DNA from: Octopus sinensis
Lineage: Eukaryota
Assembly: GCF_006345805.1 (NCBI RefSeq)
Contig: NC_043002.1
Span: forward strand, 31,992,001-32,056,000
DNA: 64,000 bases
Direction: 5' to 3'
Part shown: positions 51,354 to 64,000 of the stretch, piece by piece
How the letters are laid out: the number at the start of each line of letters is the position of its first letter
Numbering within the stretch: position 1 is the stretch's first letter
Made by a program: the position numbers and the translations under genes
The notes under the pieces: model-generated
The model's database searches: none
Told to the model about the DNA's origin: nothing
The model's input: only the letters and a program-made list of their open reading frames with translations

Positions 51354-51573
51354 TGTGTATATGTTTGTGTGTCTGTGTTTGTCCCCTTAACATCACCTGA
51401 CAACGGATGCTGGTGTCTTTACGTCCCCGTAACTAGCGGTTCTGCAAAAGAGACCGATAGAATAAGTACTAGGCTAACAAAGAATAAGTCCTGGGGTCGA
51501 TTTGCTCGGCTAAAGGCAATGCTCCAGTATGGCCGCAGTGAAATGACGGAAACAAGTAAAAGAGTAAAAGAGT
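51106..51573 (+). mobile_element. SINE family A
   Basis: Complete head-to-tail copy with internal (TA)n. Confidence 0.92.
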
Positions 51574-52760
51574 AGGTAAAGAGTATTGCAAACCAAACAT
51601 TCTACTATATGACCGTCATTCGAAATAAAATAAGAATATTTATTATCCCTCTCCGATCTTGTCCACCTTGTTCGAGTTCACTGACACCATTCCCAGAACC
51701 TCCATGAATATGTGATTGCTACTCGCTTCATTCTTTCAGGTTTTGTAGTGGTCATTAAGTGTTGAAGCTTGTCATGATATGAGTAGATAAGGGTTTGGAC
51801 ACTTAAGGATAATCAAAAACCAGGAAAAGAAGAAACCAAGGAAGAGAAAGAGAGAGAGAGAGATGATAATATCTGACAATCTTATTGGATGATTACAAAG
51901 AGACCTTTCTGATTATTTAAAAGATTGCATATAACAGAGGAGGTAAGAATTATTCAAGACCGCTAACTCCTGCAGGTTAGCACATGAAAAACGAAACTCA
52001 TTTCACTGGTCTCAACCCCAACACAATTAATAGCATAACAGAACTCATTCGGATTTGAACCCTGAAAGAGATGGGATAAACATTGCACGTCATGTACTTC
52101 GGCGCTCCAAATTTTATGTCACCTCCACCACCATGACGATGGCAATAATGTCTGTAGTGACAGCAGCAACAACAACAATTACACGAACGACTACAGTAGC
52201 AATAAAATAACGTCACAAATCTTTTGCAGTTATATGTTAGCTATGTAAAGTTATCCGTCCGTTGTATTTCTGTCCGTGTGTCGAGTTCTCTCCGTAATAG
52301 TTTTGAAATATTCGCAGCAAAGTATAAGAATGTCATACCTTTATTTCCGTCTTGATTTACAACCATTGCTGTATTCATCTGTCAAAGATACGAAGCCGTT
52401 ATTGTTATATACGCTCGGTGCATGGCCCACCTCGCCCTTTACACATAACGCGTCCACAGTTACGTTTGTGACCATGTTCATACTGCTTCTGCCTCTTTTA
52501 CTGTGACTGTTGTTGTAGATGACAATGATGATAACGATGATCATGATGCTAATTATAATCATCGTCGTCGTCGTCATCGATTTACCTCCAATATGTGAAT
52601 ATTTTCAAAACAGCATATGAGTACTCTGAACCTAGCTAGCATTTTATAGAAGCCCCCATCCTTTCACTAACACACATGTGAAGAGCGATAGAAATATACA
52701 GAAGAATAAACAATATCTATATATCTATCAATCAATGTACCTATCTACCGATCTGCCAAA

Positions 52761-52803
<43 letters not shown>

Positions 52804-52812
52804 ATATATATA

Positions 52813-54080
52813 AGAGGGATGACCACTAAGTGGACATCCATTATGCTAGAGGTAGACCCCCTATGGTCTTACCACTAAGAAAAGATTGTTCTCAAGAAAA
52901 TTCAGCAAACGCCAGAACATAAGCGAGCAAGACAAATGAAAAGATACAAAATATATTTTGTATCTTGATTCACGCAGACAACACCTAAAGAAAGAAATGA
53001 GTACATTCCGTGCATAATCAAAAGTAAGAGCAACAATATCTTCACAGGTGGAGGAGAGTGGGTACCTGAGAATACAACTGTTTTATGTGATCCTAAGGAG
53101 GCTGAGCTGGTCTACTTAAACAGAAGCTTAGAAGAGAAGCAGGCATCATACCAACAAAATGCAATTCTTGGGTACACTTACTGTAAGTTAAAGGGCAACA
53201 GCAGCATTGTAAAGAAGAGTAGATACATCCCACCTAGAAGGGTATGCTCTGCTATCCAGGAATAGGAATACATACTAGATGCCTAATAAACAAGAGGGAC
53301 AAAATTACCACCAAACCTCCACGTGATAAAAAAAATTTCGGCTCTCTTATACCAGTGTGGAAAATATTGCCTTCATCATCAACAGGTACCCCAATGTGTC
53401 TTCAAGATATTACCTGTCCATTAGGCATGATATAGTTTCAAAGAATATTTATAATGCTATCCTCAAGAAAGTCTACTCAGACGCAAACATCGAAGGTATG
53501 TCAGAACCAGTAGGTATTCACTCCTTTAAAAACAAAGAATGCTGGTGGAACACCCTAATAAAAACATCAATTCGGTGCAAACAGAGCAAACCTGATATTG
53601 TTCTGTGGGACAGAGAACAAAAGTCATGCACTATGGTGGCGGTCAGCTACCCGGTAGATGTGAATGTACAATCAACAGACCAGGGAAAAGAGTACATTTA
53701 TGGCGAATTAATACGGAATTGATAGGTCTTGTAGCCCTGACTATGAATTCTCATATGTACCTATCATCATAGCTGCATTAGGTTATGTACTAACAAATTT
53801 GCACAAAAACCTAGAAATACTCATTGAAAAAGAGCAAAAGAAGCAGGTGGATTCTTCAAATCCAATCTATTAGTGAAGATTTGTTAGACATTACAAACAT
53901 TTTCCATGTGAGTTTTTTTTATCTGAATAGACGCACACACTTGGCTGTATGTATCGACAGTTCAACCAACACACAAAATCGACCACTTATTTACAAGCAC
54001 CGGGGACTCTCTTAGCTCAAGAAGTGTTATTACTTTGTTAGCAACCGGCTCGAACTTTCTCAAAGAAATTCAAAGTAAAA
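52813..54080 (+). mobile_element. R4/Dong-type LINE 3' remnant
   Basis: SHLEGYA..IQE, RYYLSIRHDIVSKNIYNAI, WWNTLIKTSIRCKQSKPDIVLWDREQK and YGELIRN. Same family as 24523 and 41290. Confidence 0.82.
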
Positions 54081-54127
54081 TTATACATACGCACATAAAT
54101 ACATACGTGCATATGCACATACGTACA

Positions 54128-54190
<63 letters not shown>

Positions 54191-54978
54191 GTTCAGCTAT
54201 TTATAATCATTCGCATGTGTTACAATATATACATTTAAAATATACATATATGCATATATACACATATACAAATATACACGCATACATATACTCACTGATG
54301 TGTGTGTATGTGTGTGTTTGTATGGGGGAATTTAAGGTATGCGTGTGTGCATGGTTTGTGTGTGTGTGTGTACATGTATGTCACCCGATACTGAAAACAT
54401 TTTTCCTTTCTTAATATAAAACCTAAACAGAATAAAAAAATGCGAATAATTTTTTCCATTCCTCCTTTCCTTATTTCTTTTGCTATATATTTTCCCCATC
54501 CCTCAATTTTGTTCAGTATTTTTGTTCTTTTATCCGTCTCTTGAAATTACGAAGCTGATGCTTAAACGATGGTTGGTTTAAATGTTTGACACCTCTGACT
54601 AGGAATAACTTCATATTCTGGTTTTACGTGCTTCTTTTTTTGCCACATTTATCATCTAAGACCCCTAAAAAGAGTGTATGGACGAGAAGAAACAGGTTAT
54701 TTAAAAAGAATCTAGAACTTGTGAATCTAAATATGCAATCTTCGATGAAGAAAATATTTTAAGGAGAAGTTGCAGAAAATTTGATTGTATAAGTTATATG
54801 TAAGCACCGAGAAAACGGTTGGCGTTCGATTCTTAATTACAAAGCTTTAATACATCTTTAATTTACCTATTTTTTAAGTTTCTCTCTCAGTGTGTGAAAG
54901 AGGGTTCTGCAATTTCTCGTTAAACAATCCACACAGTTGATTTGTTTATGGTTATCAAATGGTTTCGATGCGTATAAA

Positions 54979-55040
54979 CTCCATGCCAGGGATCGTGTGC
55001 AACACAACAGAGTCTGGCTGATGAAGGTGTTATCGTGTTG
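54979..55040 (+). mobile_element. 62-bp Tc1 transposase fragment
   Basis: Matches 59654-59715 with 5 mismatches in 62 by manual count. Confidence 0.75.
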
Positions 55041-55871
55041 TGTAAGTATTTTCATTGGCACATACAAACCCAGTCGTCCATATTATCTTTAGTATCCATA
55101 AAAGATTTTGATATTAAAATTTACTAGCAATATATTGGTTAAACTTCGATAACGCAAAATACATTGATATTTTATGCAGTTCCTAATAATATTATATCGT
55201 AAAAATATAATAGGAATTTTATAAAATATTGAACGGCTATAATGGTCTTTCAGAGTAAAATATAAATCAAAGGGATCCATAGGTGGAAAATGGTCGAGAA
55301 ACACTGTACTAACGGAAGAGAATAACTTTATTCTTTTGTTGAAACGCCACTCACCCGTTGAAGGATTCTGATGAATAAGTCAATAGATTTATGTACAAGA
55401 AAATATCGTCTCTCTTCACGCTGCACATTATATGTTTTCATTTTAAAACAATTATAAAGAGTTTTATTGTCATTGTTATTTTATTATTTTTTGTTTCCAT
55501 GTTTTACTTGTTACTTAAGATATCCTGTGAACAAATACAATTTAAGCAGAGAATGTCATTCATCAGAAACTTGCCCCTTCACATGTTAAAACACAAGCCG
55601 TGAATTAACCAAATTACAACCACGAAAAACTAGGTAGAAAACATTTCAATTAAATTATGAAAACAAAACCCTGGCGACAAAATAAAATATCGAGATCTAG
55701 CTAAAAAAATAATAATAATTAAAAAATAAAAGATATATAATCTAAAAATAACACACATAAGAGAACAATTAAAAAAAAAGTTTTTGTTTAAACTGCAGAT
55801 GTAATTTTCTTGTTATCAACATCAATATTATTTGTACCCCCAGTACAACCGTTATATTCTAAACCAGGGTT

Positions 55872-55911
<40 letters not shown>

Positions 55912-56210
55912 AAGGATGCTTTCTGAGAAAGTTTTACTTAATCAAAGAAAAGTATGGCAGCCTGTTTTGTATAAATAATAATAATAATAATAATAATATT
56001 GATTATAATAATGATAATAATGAGGAGGAGGAGGAAGGAGAGGAAGGTGAATGAAATAATACTATAATAATGATAATGAAGAAAAAATTCTGTAGTCAAT
56101 AAAAAATAGAAAAAGACTATGAGGTGAAGTATATAAACACTAAAATTTACAAAATGTAAGACAAAAATTTGCATCGACGAATAGGTGCATAGCCCTCTAT
56201 TCATATTATA

Positions 56211-56242
<32 letters not shown>

Positions 56243-56464
56243 CGTATGTATGTATGTATGTATGTATGTATGTATGTATGTATGTATGTATGTATGTATG
56301 TACCACCTGTCTTCGTCTTTTGTTTTTTTCGTAAACTCTCCCTATGTATGTATATATGTATGTATGTATGCATGTAGGTATGTATGTATTTATGTATATA
56401 TGTATACACATGTAAACACTCACACATACACTAAAAACATACACGCGCACACACATACATACGC

Positions 56465-56511
<47 letters not shown>

Positions 56512-56971
56512 TACACACACATAAATACATGAACAGATGCATACGTTCACACATGCACGCATACAGACTCACACATATATATATCGTAGAATCTTACCTT
56601 GCGGTGTGAAAAAAATAGCAGCGTTTTAAAGAAAACAGAACTGACATTAATGAAAAATATCATCGCCATTTCTTGTTTGGAATTTTAAGCACCCACACAC
56701 ACACGCACGTACGCACATACTCCCTCTACACACGCACATACACGCACATATTCACATACACAAACATGATTATAATACAGGAATACATAAATATATATAT
56801 ATAAATATATGGAAACAGATACACACACACACACACACACACACACATGATGCCTGCATTACAGAAAGAGATACAGGCACATATCTGTGTTCATGTTTGT
56901 GTATACATTAAGTATACATGTGTACACATAAATATATAATATATAAATTCAAATATACACACGTATAACAG

Positions 56972-57037
<66 letters not shown>

Positions 57038-57122
57038 ATATATTTATATACATACATATATAGATACACACAGACATATATATATACATATATATATATA
57101 TAATATATATATATATACATAT

Positions 57123-57174
<52 letters not shown>

Positions 57175-57989
57175 AAATATTTGATTGTATATACTTATAT
57201 AGAGAGACACACATATTTATATACATATATGCCTACATACACACACATACATACATACATACATACATACATACATACATACGTACATACATACGTACGT
57301 ACGTACGTACATATATACATATATGAATACATGTGTGTGTGTGATGTGTGTGTTGTGTGTGTCCATGCATACATATATATTGGGATAGTGTTGAAAAAGT
57401 GAAGTAATTTTATATCAGTGCCACCTTTGTTGGTATAGATGTTTGTGGTTGGTTGGTTGGCTGGTTGGTTGGCTAGTTTGTTGGTCGGGTGGTTGATTGT
57501 GTGGCGACGAATATTGTGTAATCGGTGCTTATGTGTGTGAACGAGGGATGGTGGTGGGGTGGCTGGTTCAAACCTGGAACAGAGTAGTCAGCCGCTAAGC
57601 CATTAAATTCAATCAAATCAAATCAAACTATATAAACAAAATAGAAAAGACAAAAACTAAAATAAAATAAAAAGAATAAAGCCTCTCTTGAATTTGATTT
57701 TTAAAACATTCGATCTTCCGATGTGATTAGAATGTAATTGACAAATAGGTTTCATGAAATCTCTGCCTTGGTTATTGTGGTAGTAGTGGTAGTAGTGCCA
57801 GTTGTGCTGATAAACGTCGTTAGTGGTGGTGGTGGTGGTGTGGTGGTGGTGGTATTGTGAAGCTAGTGATAGAATTTTGATAATGGTAGTAGTGCTGATT
57901 GTGGATGTGGTGGTAGTTTTGTTAGAGGTCGTGGTAGTGGTTGTGCTACTGGTAGTTATTATAATGGTTTCAAATTTTGCTTCAAGGGC

Positions 57990-58178
57990 AGCCATTTTGG
58001 TGGAAGGGATAGGTCGATTGCATCGATCCCCAGAGTTTCACTGGTACTCAATTTATCGACCCAGAAAGGATGAAAGGCAAAGTCGACCTCGGCGGAATAT
58101 GAACTCAGAATGTAGCGACAGGCGAAATACTGCTAAGCATTTCGTCTGGTGCGCTAACGATTCCACCAGCTCGCCACC
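57990..58178 (-). mobile_element. SINE family B
   Basis: Head ggtggcgagctggtggaatcgttagc and core gtcgactttgcctttcatcc. Confidence 0.87.
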
Positions 58179-58864
58179 TTTATGGATAGTGATAATAATG
58201 ATAGTTATGGAGATGGTGATAATTGTAGTGGTAGAGGTAGGAATGTTTGTGGTGTGAGAGGTTCTAATGATAGAGTGACGGTAGTAGTATTGTGTTGGTT
58301 GTAATCATTATGGGTTAAGTCACTGAATGGTGGTAGGGTGAGATTGGCAGTAAGGGTAGAGTGGTGGTAGTAGTTGTGTCATAGTAATAGTAGTGTCCAG
58401 AAATATTTGCAGATGGTGCAACAGTAGCTACCGCATTCCATCGCTTGACCAATAGAATGCAACGTTTCCACAGGACACAGAAGAGCAGATACTCCTTTGG
58501 TCAGACAAGCCCTGGGGTGAAATCCGACGAACTGACGCTTAATTATGACGGAGGTGAAGAAGGCATCAGTTACCTCGAGTCGGCAATTCAGTAATAGTCT
58601 CCTGTTCATAATTTTGTCCCCATCATTGTCCCAAACCAGGCACTTAAATTGACCAGTCTCTGAAGCGACTTATGATGATGATTAACGAGACAAAACTTTT
58701 CTCGATGCTAAGTGACACGCCCACCGCATTGTCCACATGTATCTTTGCTCCAGCAACCTACCTCAAAAGAGATGTTGCCTTGATTTGTAACTTCCTTAGT
58801 AACCTTTGATGAAATAGAAAGAGGTGATGAGGCAGCAAGAGCTAAAGAAGCAGCAAGATCTGGA

Positions 58865-59086
58865 GAGGCAGCATATGTAGAAGAGCCGAGAACGGAGACT
58901 ACTGAGGCAGCATGTGTAGAAAAGCCGAGAAGGGAGACCAGTGAGGCAGCATGTGTAGAAAAGCCGAGAAGGAAACCACTGAGGCAGCATGTGTAGAAGA
59001 GCCGAGAAGGGAGACCACTGAGGCAGCATGTGTAGAAGAGCCGAGAAGGGAGACCACTGAAGCAGCATGTGTAGAAGAGCCGACGG
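58865..59086 (+). repeat. 39-bp minisatellite, 5 full copies plus 1 partial
   Basis: Unit gaggcagcatgtgtagaagagccgagaagggagaccact starts at 58865, 58904, 58943 (38 bp), 58981, 59020 and 59059. Confidence 0.95.
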
Positions 59087-59109
59087 ACCGAGGACGCAAT
59101 TAGAAACGG

Positions 59110-60238
59110 TTGCGAAATATGGTCGTCGACTCTGCCAACTGTGAAAGTGGATCTATGCATTGCTGCGATAAAGCCTCAGGAAAAGAGTAAGAAACCGCCC
59201 ACCTTTAGCAATGAAAAGTCATTTCACAGAACGAAGACTGGTTTGTCAGCATGACTCCAGGAAAGCGAAAAGACCCTCGCTACACGATGAAACCAGTGAA
59301 GTTTGAGGGTAAGAATCTGATCCTTTGGGGATACATAAAACGTGATGGTCCAAGAAGCTGGATAAAGGTGTCGGTACTGTATACACTCATTATTTTTGAA
59401 AACATTAACTATAAGTATTATTTAAATGTATTCCTCTAGAACGTGAGTGTGTGTGTGTGCATGTGTGTGTGAGTATATGTTTGCGTATGTTTGTGTGTGC
59501 GTGTGTGCGTGCGTATATGTTTGCGTATGTGTGTGTGTGTGTTTGGGTCAGTGTATGTCTACCGTCATTGCTTGACAACCGGTGTATTCGGCACTATTCA
59601 AGTTACCGTCAATTTGATACCAGATGAAGGTGAAATTTTTAAGTATGACGGAGCTCCATGCCACGGATTGTGTGCAACACAACAAAGTGTGGCTGATGAA
59701 GGTGTTATCGTATTGCAAGATTGGCCAGCTCAGAACCCTGACTTAAATATCATTAAGCAGATGTGGACAGAACTAAAGAGGAGTTCGTCAGAAGGAGCCA
59801 CGCAATCTAGAAGAGTTGTGGGAGATCAACCACACAGAATGGTATCTCATACATATGAAGATCGTAAAGAATGTGTACGCATCCTTTCCCAGGCGCATTG
59901 AAGCCATTATTGAAGTTAAGAGAGGCCACACGTAATATTAACAATGTACAGTAACTTCTTGAAATGAACATTATTTAATATATTTTCATTATAGACATTT
60001 TTCTGTTTTAAAATACTGTATCTTGATTGGTTTATGTGAGATGACCGAAAACGTTTGGGGGTCGACTTGCATCTTATCCTGTCATTCAGAACCCCTACTA
60101 CAAAGTATAAGGATTAGGTAAGGAAACAGAGCCAATATTTCATCTGTAGAAAACGTAATGCGCGACATACACTCATAAATTACCAATTAGTAGAAATTTG
60201 CTGTAGTTTAAAATAGCCGAAGACTTTTGACGGTACTG
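59110..60238 (+). mobile_element. Tc1-like transposon remnant, right TIR present, interrupted by a SINE A-like fragment (about 59443-59610)
   Basis: FSNEKSF, PRYTMKPVKFEGKNLILWG, YDGAPCH, WPAQNPDLNIIKQMW and KRGHT*. It ends gacttttgacggtactg followed by TA. Confidence 0.82.
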
Positions 60239-60399
60239 TATACACTCAGTATTTTTGAAAACATTAATTATAAGTATTATTTAAAAGAATTCCTCTAGAA
60301 CATTGCTTAAACATCAATTCAATTTCATGACTTCACTTGTATCGGGTTTAAGACGTATAGTATAACACGAAAACCAGAAATGAAATAAAAAAAAAAAAC

Positions 60400-61389
60400 G
60401 TGAACGTAAGGCAGTATATGGAGATCGGACAATAATCGTAAACTAGTGTCAACGGTGGTTTCAGAAATTCCTAGCCAAAAACTAGTCTAGAAGGCGAGCG
60501 TCGTCCTGGAAGATTTGTAGAGCTCGACGAGGACGTCCCGCAGATCTAGTAGAAAAAATCTTATCATAATTGTTAAGGAACCTACAGTGAAGTTTGGATT
60601 TGATCATTCAACGATTTTATAACATCTGCGTGCCATCGAAAAAGTCACCAAATTAGGTCAATGGGTTCATCACAAACTTACCCAGTGTAATCGCGCGGAG
60701 GTCGCCCGAATGAACTATTTTTGGAGCGAATAGAGACAGGTGACGAGAAATAGATTTTCTATGAAAATGGCGAGCGCCGAAGGCAGTCGGTAGTAAAAGG
60801 AGAAACACAGGCACTCCGGGTTAAAGAAAGTCTTCATCCGCGTAACTTGATGTTATCTGTCTGGTGGAGTATGAAAGGTTTAGTCCACTTTGAACTTTTA
60901 AACTCAAACCAAACGATAACAAAAGAGGTCTACTGTGAGTAGCTTGAGCGGCTTAAGTCAGCGCTAGAAGAAAAACGACTACCTTTGGTTTCAATACGAA
61001 AGGCGTTCTTCCATCAGGATTATGCTCGGCCACATACAGCGAGCATGACGTTCCAAAGGCTGGAACAGTTTGAATGAGAAACAATGCCCCACTCACCATC
61101 TTCGCCGGACATTGCCCCATCTGATAACCATTTATTTCGCAGTTTTCAAAATCATTTGAATGGAGAAAATATGAATGCTGTAGACAAGGTTACAACAGCA
61201 CTGGGGGAGTATTTTTCTTCACGGACATGTGAATTTTGGAAAAGGGGCCTTGCGAGTCTACCAGATAGATCAAAGAGCATTGTAGAAAATGTAGGAGAGT
61301 ATATTTTAGATTAAAAAGAACTTTGTTCATTTTAATTTTGAAAAATAAAAGAAGTATAAATAAACCGCATTATTTATGGGATGACCCAA
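60400..61389 (+). mobile_element. mariner (DD34D) transposon, decayed, left TIR not found
   Basis: WVHHKL, TGDEK, FHQDYARPH, HSPSSPDIAPSDNHLF and GLASLPDR. The right TIR ccgcattatttatgggatgacccaa is followed by TA. Confidence 0.92.
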
Positions 61390-61449
61390 TATATACATAT
61401 ATATATATTTCGGTGAGAATGGTTTTGTTATATGGTACCGAGGTTTACA

Positions 61450-61802
61450 GTCCTCTAAATAATAATAATAATGGTTTTTATACAAGGTTAAAGCTTATAG
61501 CGATCACTGTGCAATGACTAAGGAAAATAGCCTAATAATGGGGCATATGAGCCCACCACAGAAAAAAGAAGGCTTTCCCATCCGCGTGAGACTCGAATGA
61601 GCCTAATTCGCTGTTGTAATGTTAACACACTTAGACGCGTTAACAAAAGGATGTGGGTTCGAGACTCACACGGATGGGAAAGCCTACTTTTTTGTCTGTC
61701 GTGGGCTTCTATGCCTAATTATTAGACTATTTTCCTTAGTCATTGCACGGCAAACGCTATAAGTTTTAAGCTTATACAAATGGCATTATTACTATTTACA
61801 GG

Positions 61803-61805
<3 letters not shown>
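61450..61805. repeat. long foldback palindrome / MITE-like element
   Basis: Arms about 61450-61597 and 61658-61805, roughly 80% reverse-complement by eye, with a 60-nt spacer. Confidence 0.88.
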
Positions 61806-61860
<55 letters not shown>

Positions 61861-61862
<2 letters not shown>

Positions 61863-62250
61863 TGCAGGCGTGGGTCTGTGGTAAGACCACGCGGTTCCGG
61901 GTTCAGTCCCACAGCGTGGCATCTTGAGCAGGTGTCTTCTAGTTTAGCCTCGGACCGATTAAAGCCCTATGAGTGGATTTGGTAGACAGAAACTGATCGA
62001 AGACCATCACGTGTGTGTGCGTGTGTGTACGTGTCTGTGTGCGTTTATCTCTGTGTCTTTGCTTCTATGTTTGTCGCCCCACCATCACTTGACAACCGAT
62101 GTTGGTGTGTTTACGTCCCCGTAACTTAGCAGTTCGACGAAACACCCCGATAGAATAAAGTAGTTGGTTTACAAAGTGCTAGGCTTTCTTCGACTAAGAA
62201 GTCCTTTATAGCAGTGCTTTATCATGGCCGTAGTGAAATGACTGACACAA
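61861..62250 (+). mobile_element. SINE family A, diverged
   Basis: Head with a deletion, then CORE-like block, microsatellite and tail. Confidence 0.85.
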
Positions 62251-62479
62251 GTAAAAGAATATAAAATTATGTAAAGAGAGAGAGAGAGCGAGAGCGAAAG
62301 AGAGAGGGAAAGAGAGATACATAGATAATATGTATGCACACAGATGGGGTAAGCAAGTGAGAATAATTATATATTATGAGGAAAAATGAGTGAATACTTG
62401 TAACTGTGAACCTATGTCTGATAGCAGTGTTTTTCTTCTGCTTTGACTTACAATGATACGGTTGCTGCAGGTATTAGTA

Positions 62480-64000
62480 GGAACAATAAAGGTTTGTGAG
62501 CAGGTGTACAGATAGTGTTGGTATAACACGTGACAACGGTGCTGGTTATATATAAGAAAATGACTGTTGCTCAGTTATACATAAGTTTTGTAGGATAATT
62601 GAGTGAAGTTGTCGACATGTCACACATGTTCAGCTGCTGATTGTCAGCTTTTGTCTTATGTTCTGCGTCTGTCATCAGATCTCGAATCTGAAGGCTCGCT
62701 TAACTGTGAGGTGGTAGTGGCGAATGCATCTGAGCATTTTGATCAAATTTCTGTCAAAAAGCACATTGTCACCGTTGTGATTTTCACCACTTCCATAAAT
62801 TCCTATCACTACTCCTTTTCTACCTCTTCCTCCTTTTCTCTCATTTTCCTTCCTCCTCCTCATCTCCTTCTATGCCACCACCATCTCCTCCGTCGCCTCC
62901 TCTTCTTCATCATCATCATTATCGTGGTTTACTACAGCAAGTTCAGGTTCAATGTTTCTTCTGTCCAGCAGACAAAGGACCAGAAACTACTGGAAGTAGA
63001 AATCATTACTGGGTTCACAATCTCAGTGTTGCTCACGTTTGTTTTGGCAATGTATATGTTGCCCAAATCAGCAGTGAAGTGTTGGGCTCTCTAAAAGACC
63101 CCTACTCCTTCAAGGCGAGCAGAGAGTAGAGAACATACAGCATGAAGATAAGTCTGGATTAGCAAGAAGATACATGGCTTGGGTTTACCAACATGGGCGC
63201 AGGAGTGACTGTGTGGTAAGAAGCTTGCTTCCCAACTTCGTGGCTCCGGGTTCAGTCTCACTGCGTAGCACCTTGAGCAAGTGTCTTCAACTATAGCCTC
63301 GGGCCGACCAAAACCTTGTGAGTGGATTTGCTAAACAGAAACTGAAAGAAAGCCGTCGTATATATGTATATGTATATATATATATGTGTATGTATATATG
63401 TGTGTGTGTATGTGTGTGTATGTGTGTGTGTGTGTGTGTGTTTGCGTGTCTGTGTTTGTCACATCAACATCACTTGGCAACCAGTGCTGATGTGTTTACG
63501 TCCCCTTAACTTAGTGGATCGGCAAAAGAAACCGATAGAATAAGTACTACGCTTACAAATAATAAGTCCTGGGGTCGATTTGCTCGACTAAAGGCGGTGC
63601 TCCAGCATGGTCGCAGACAAATGACTGAAACAAGTAAAAGAGTAAAGAGAGTAAAAGAGTATGGGATCTTCTTATGAATAATCTGACTTGTCTACTAATT
63701 CTTCCATAACAGTAGTTGAAGGATTAGAGCACATGGCCAAGAGCCACCTTAGCAGATGGCCAGGTTTTCCACCGAGTTAGGTAGCGCGCTGTAAGGAAAT
63801 AGCAACACTCTCAGGCTCTCGTTGAGTTCTGTCAGAGAGATTACGTGAACACCTGCTATATGCAAGTTCTTGGGACCCTACAGTTGATGGTGCACAGTGT
63901 AGTAAGAACAAGGATTTAGTAGAAGTCAGTGAACGCGGTCCGAGAAGCAGTAGAACGTTTGAGACAAATCCATGTTTGAGATTGTGGCACGGGACACGGC
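62480..64000 (-). mobile_element. possible very degenerate RTE endonuclease region, interrupted by SINE A
   Basis: Weak ordered motifs only (VISLTE, GHL, GIYGSGENHNG, ILQN). Confidence 0.3.
63196..63660 (+). mobile_element. SINE family A
   Basis: Complete head-to-tail copy. Confidence 0.92.

Noticed and set aside
56596-56667. Minus-strand ATG to strong donor (MAMIFFINVSSVFFKTLLFFSHRK|gtaaga)
   Set aside because: It is short and AT-rich, such signals arise by chance in 64 kb, and no downstream exon could be linked.
58865-59086. CRISPR-like array
   Set aside because: The units are head-to-tail with no unique spacers and the context is eukaryotic. It is a minisatellite.

Overview
AT-rich, microsatellite-dense eukaryotic DNA, most likely from a cephalopod (octopus-like, inferred from the SINE families and repeat landscape). 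I can support no intact host gene. Nearly all computed ORFs are microsatellite or low-complexity artefacts, or pieces of transposable elements. The window holds three tRNA-headed SINE families, which I label A (CORE-like), B (Meta/MESC-like) and C (V-domain-like). It also holds several decayed RTE LINEs, a near full-length CR1/L2-group LINE with an intact CCCH-finger ORF1 (26070-29600, minus), three R4/Dong-type LINE remnants, two Tx1-like 3' fragments inside a (GATA)n array, Tc1 and mariner remnants, and several foldback (MITE-like) palindromes. A 110-bp piece of 28S rRNA from the peptidyl-transferase region lies at 50620-50729. The strongest observations are: (i) a Tx1-like element repeatedly inserted into (GATA)n; (ii) a 3' tail shared by SINE A and the CR1/L2 LINE, with two compensatory base-pair swaps in a stem; (iii) a candidate -1 frameshift site joining LINE ORF1 to ORF2; (iv) the orphan 28S fragment; (v) a 39-bp minisatellite reading EAACVEEPRRETT. 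All alignments and identities were judged by eye and family names come from recalled motifs, not database searches. Many element boundaries are approximate.
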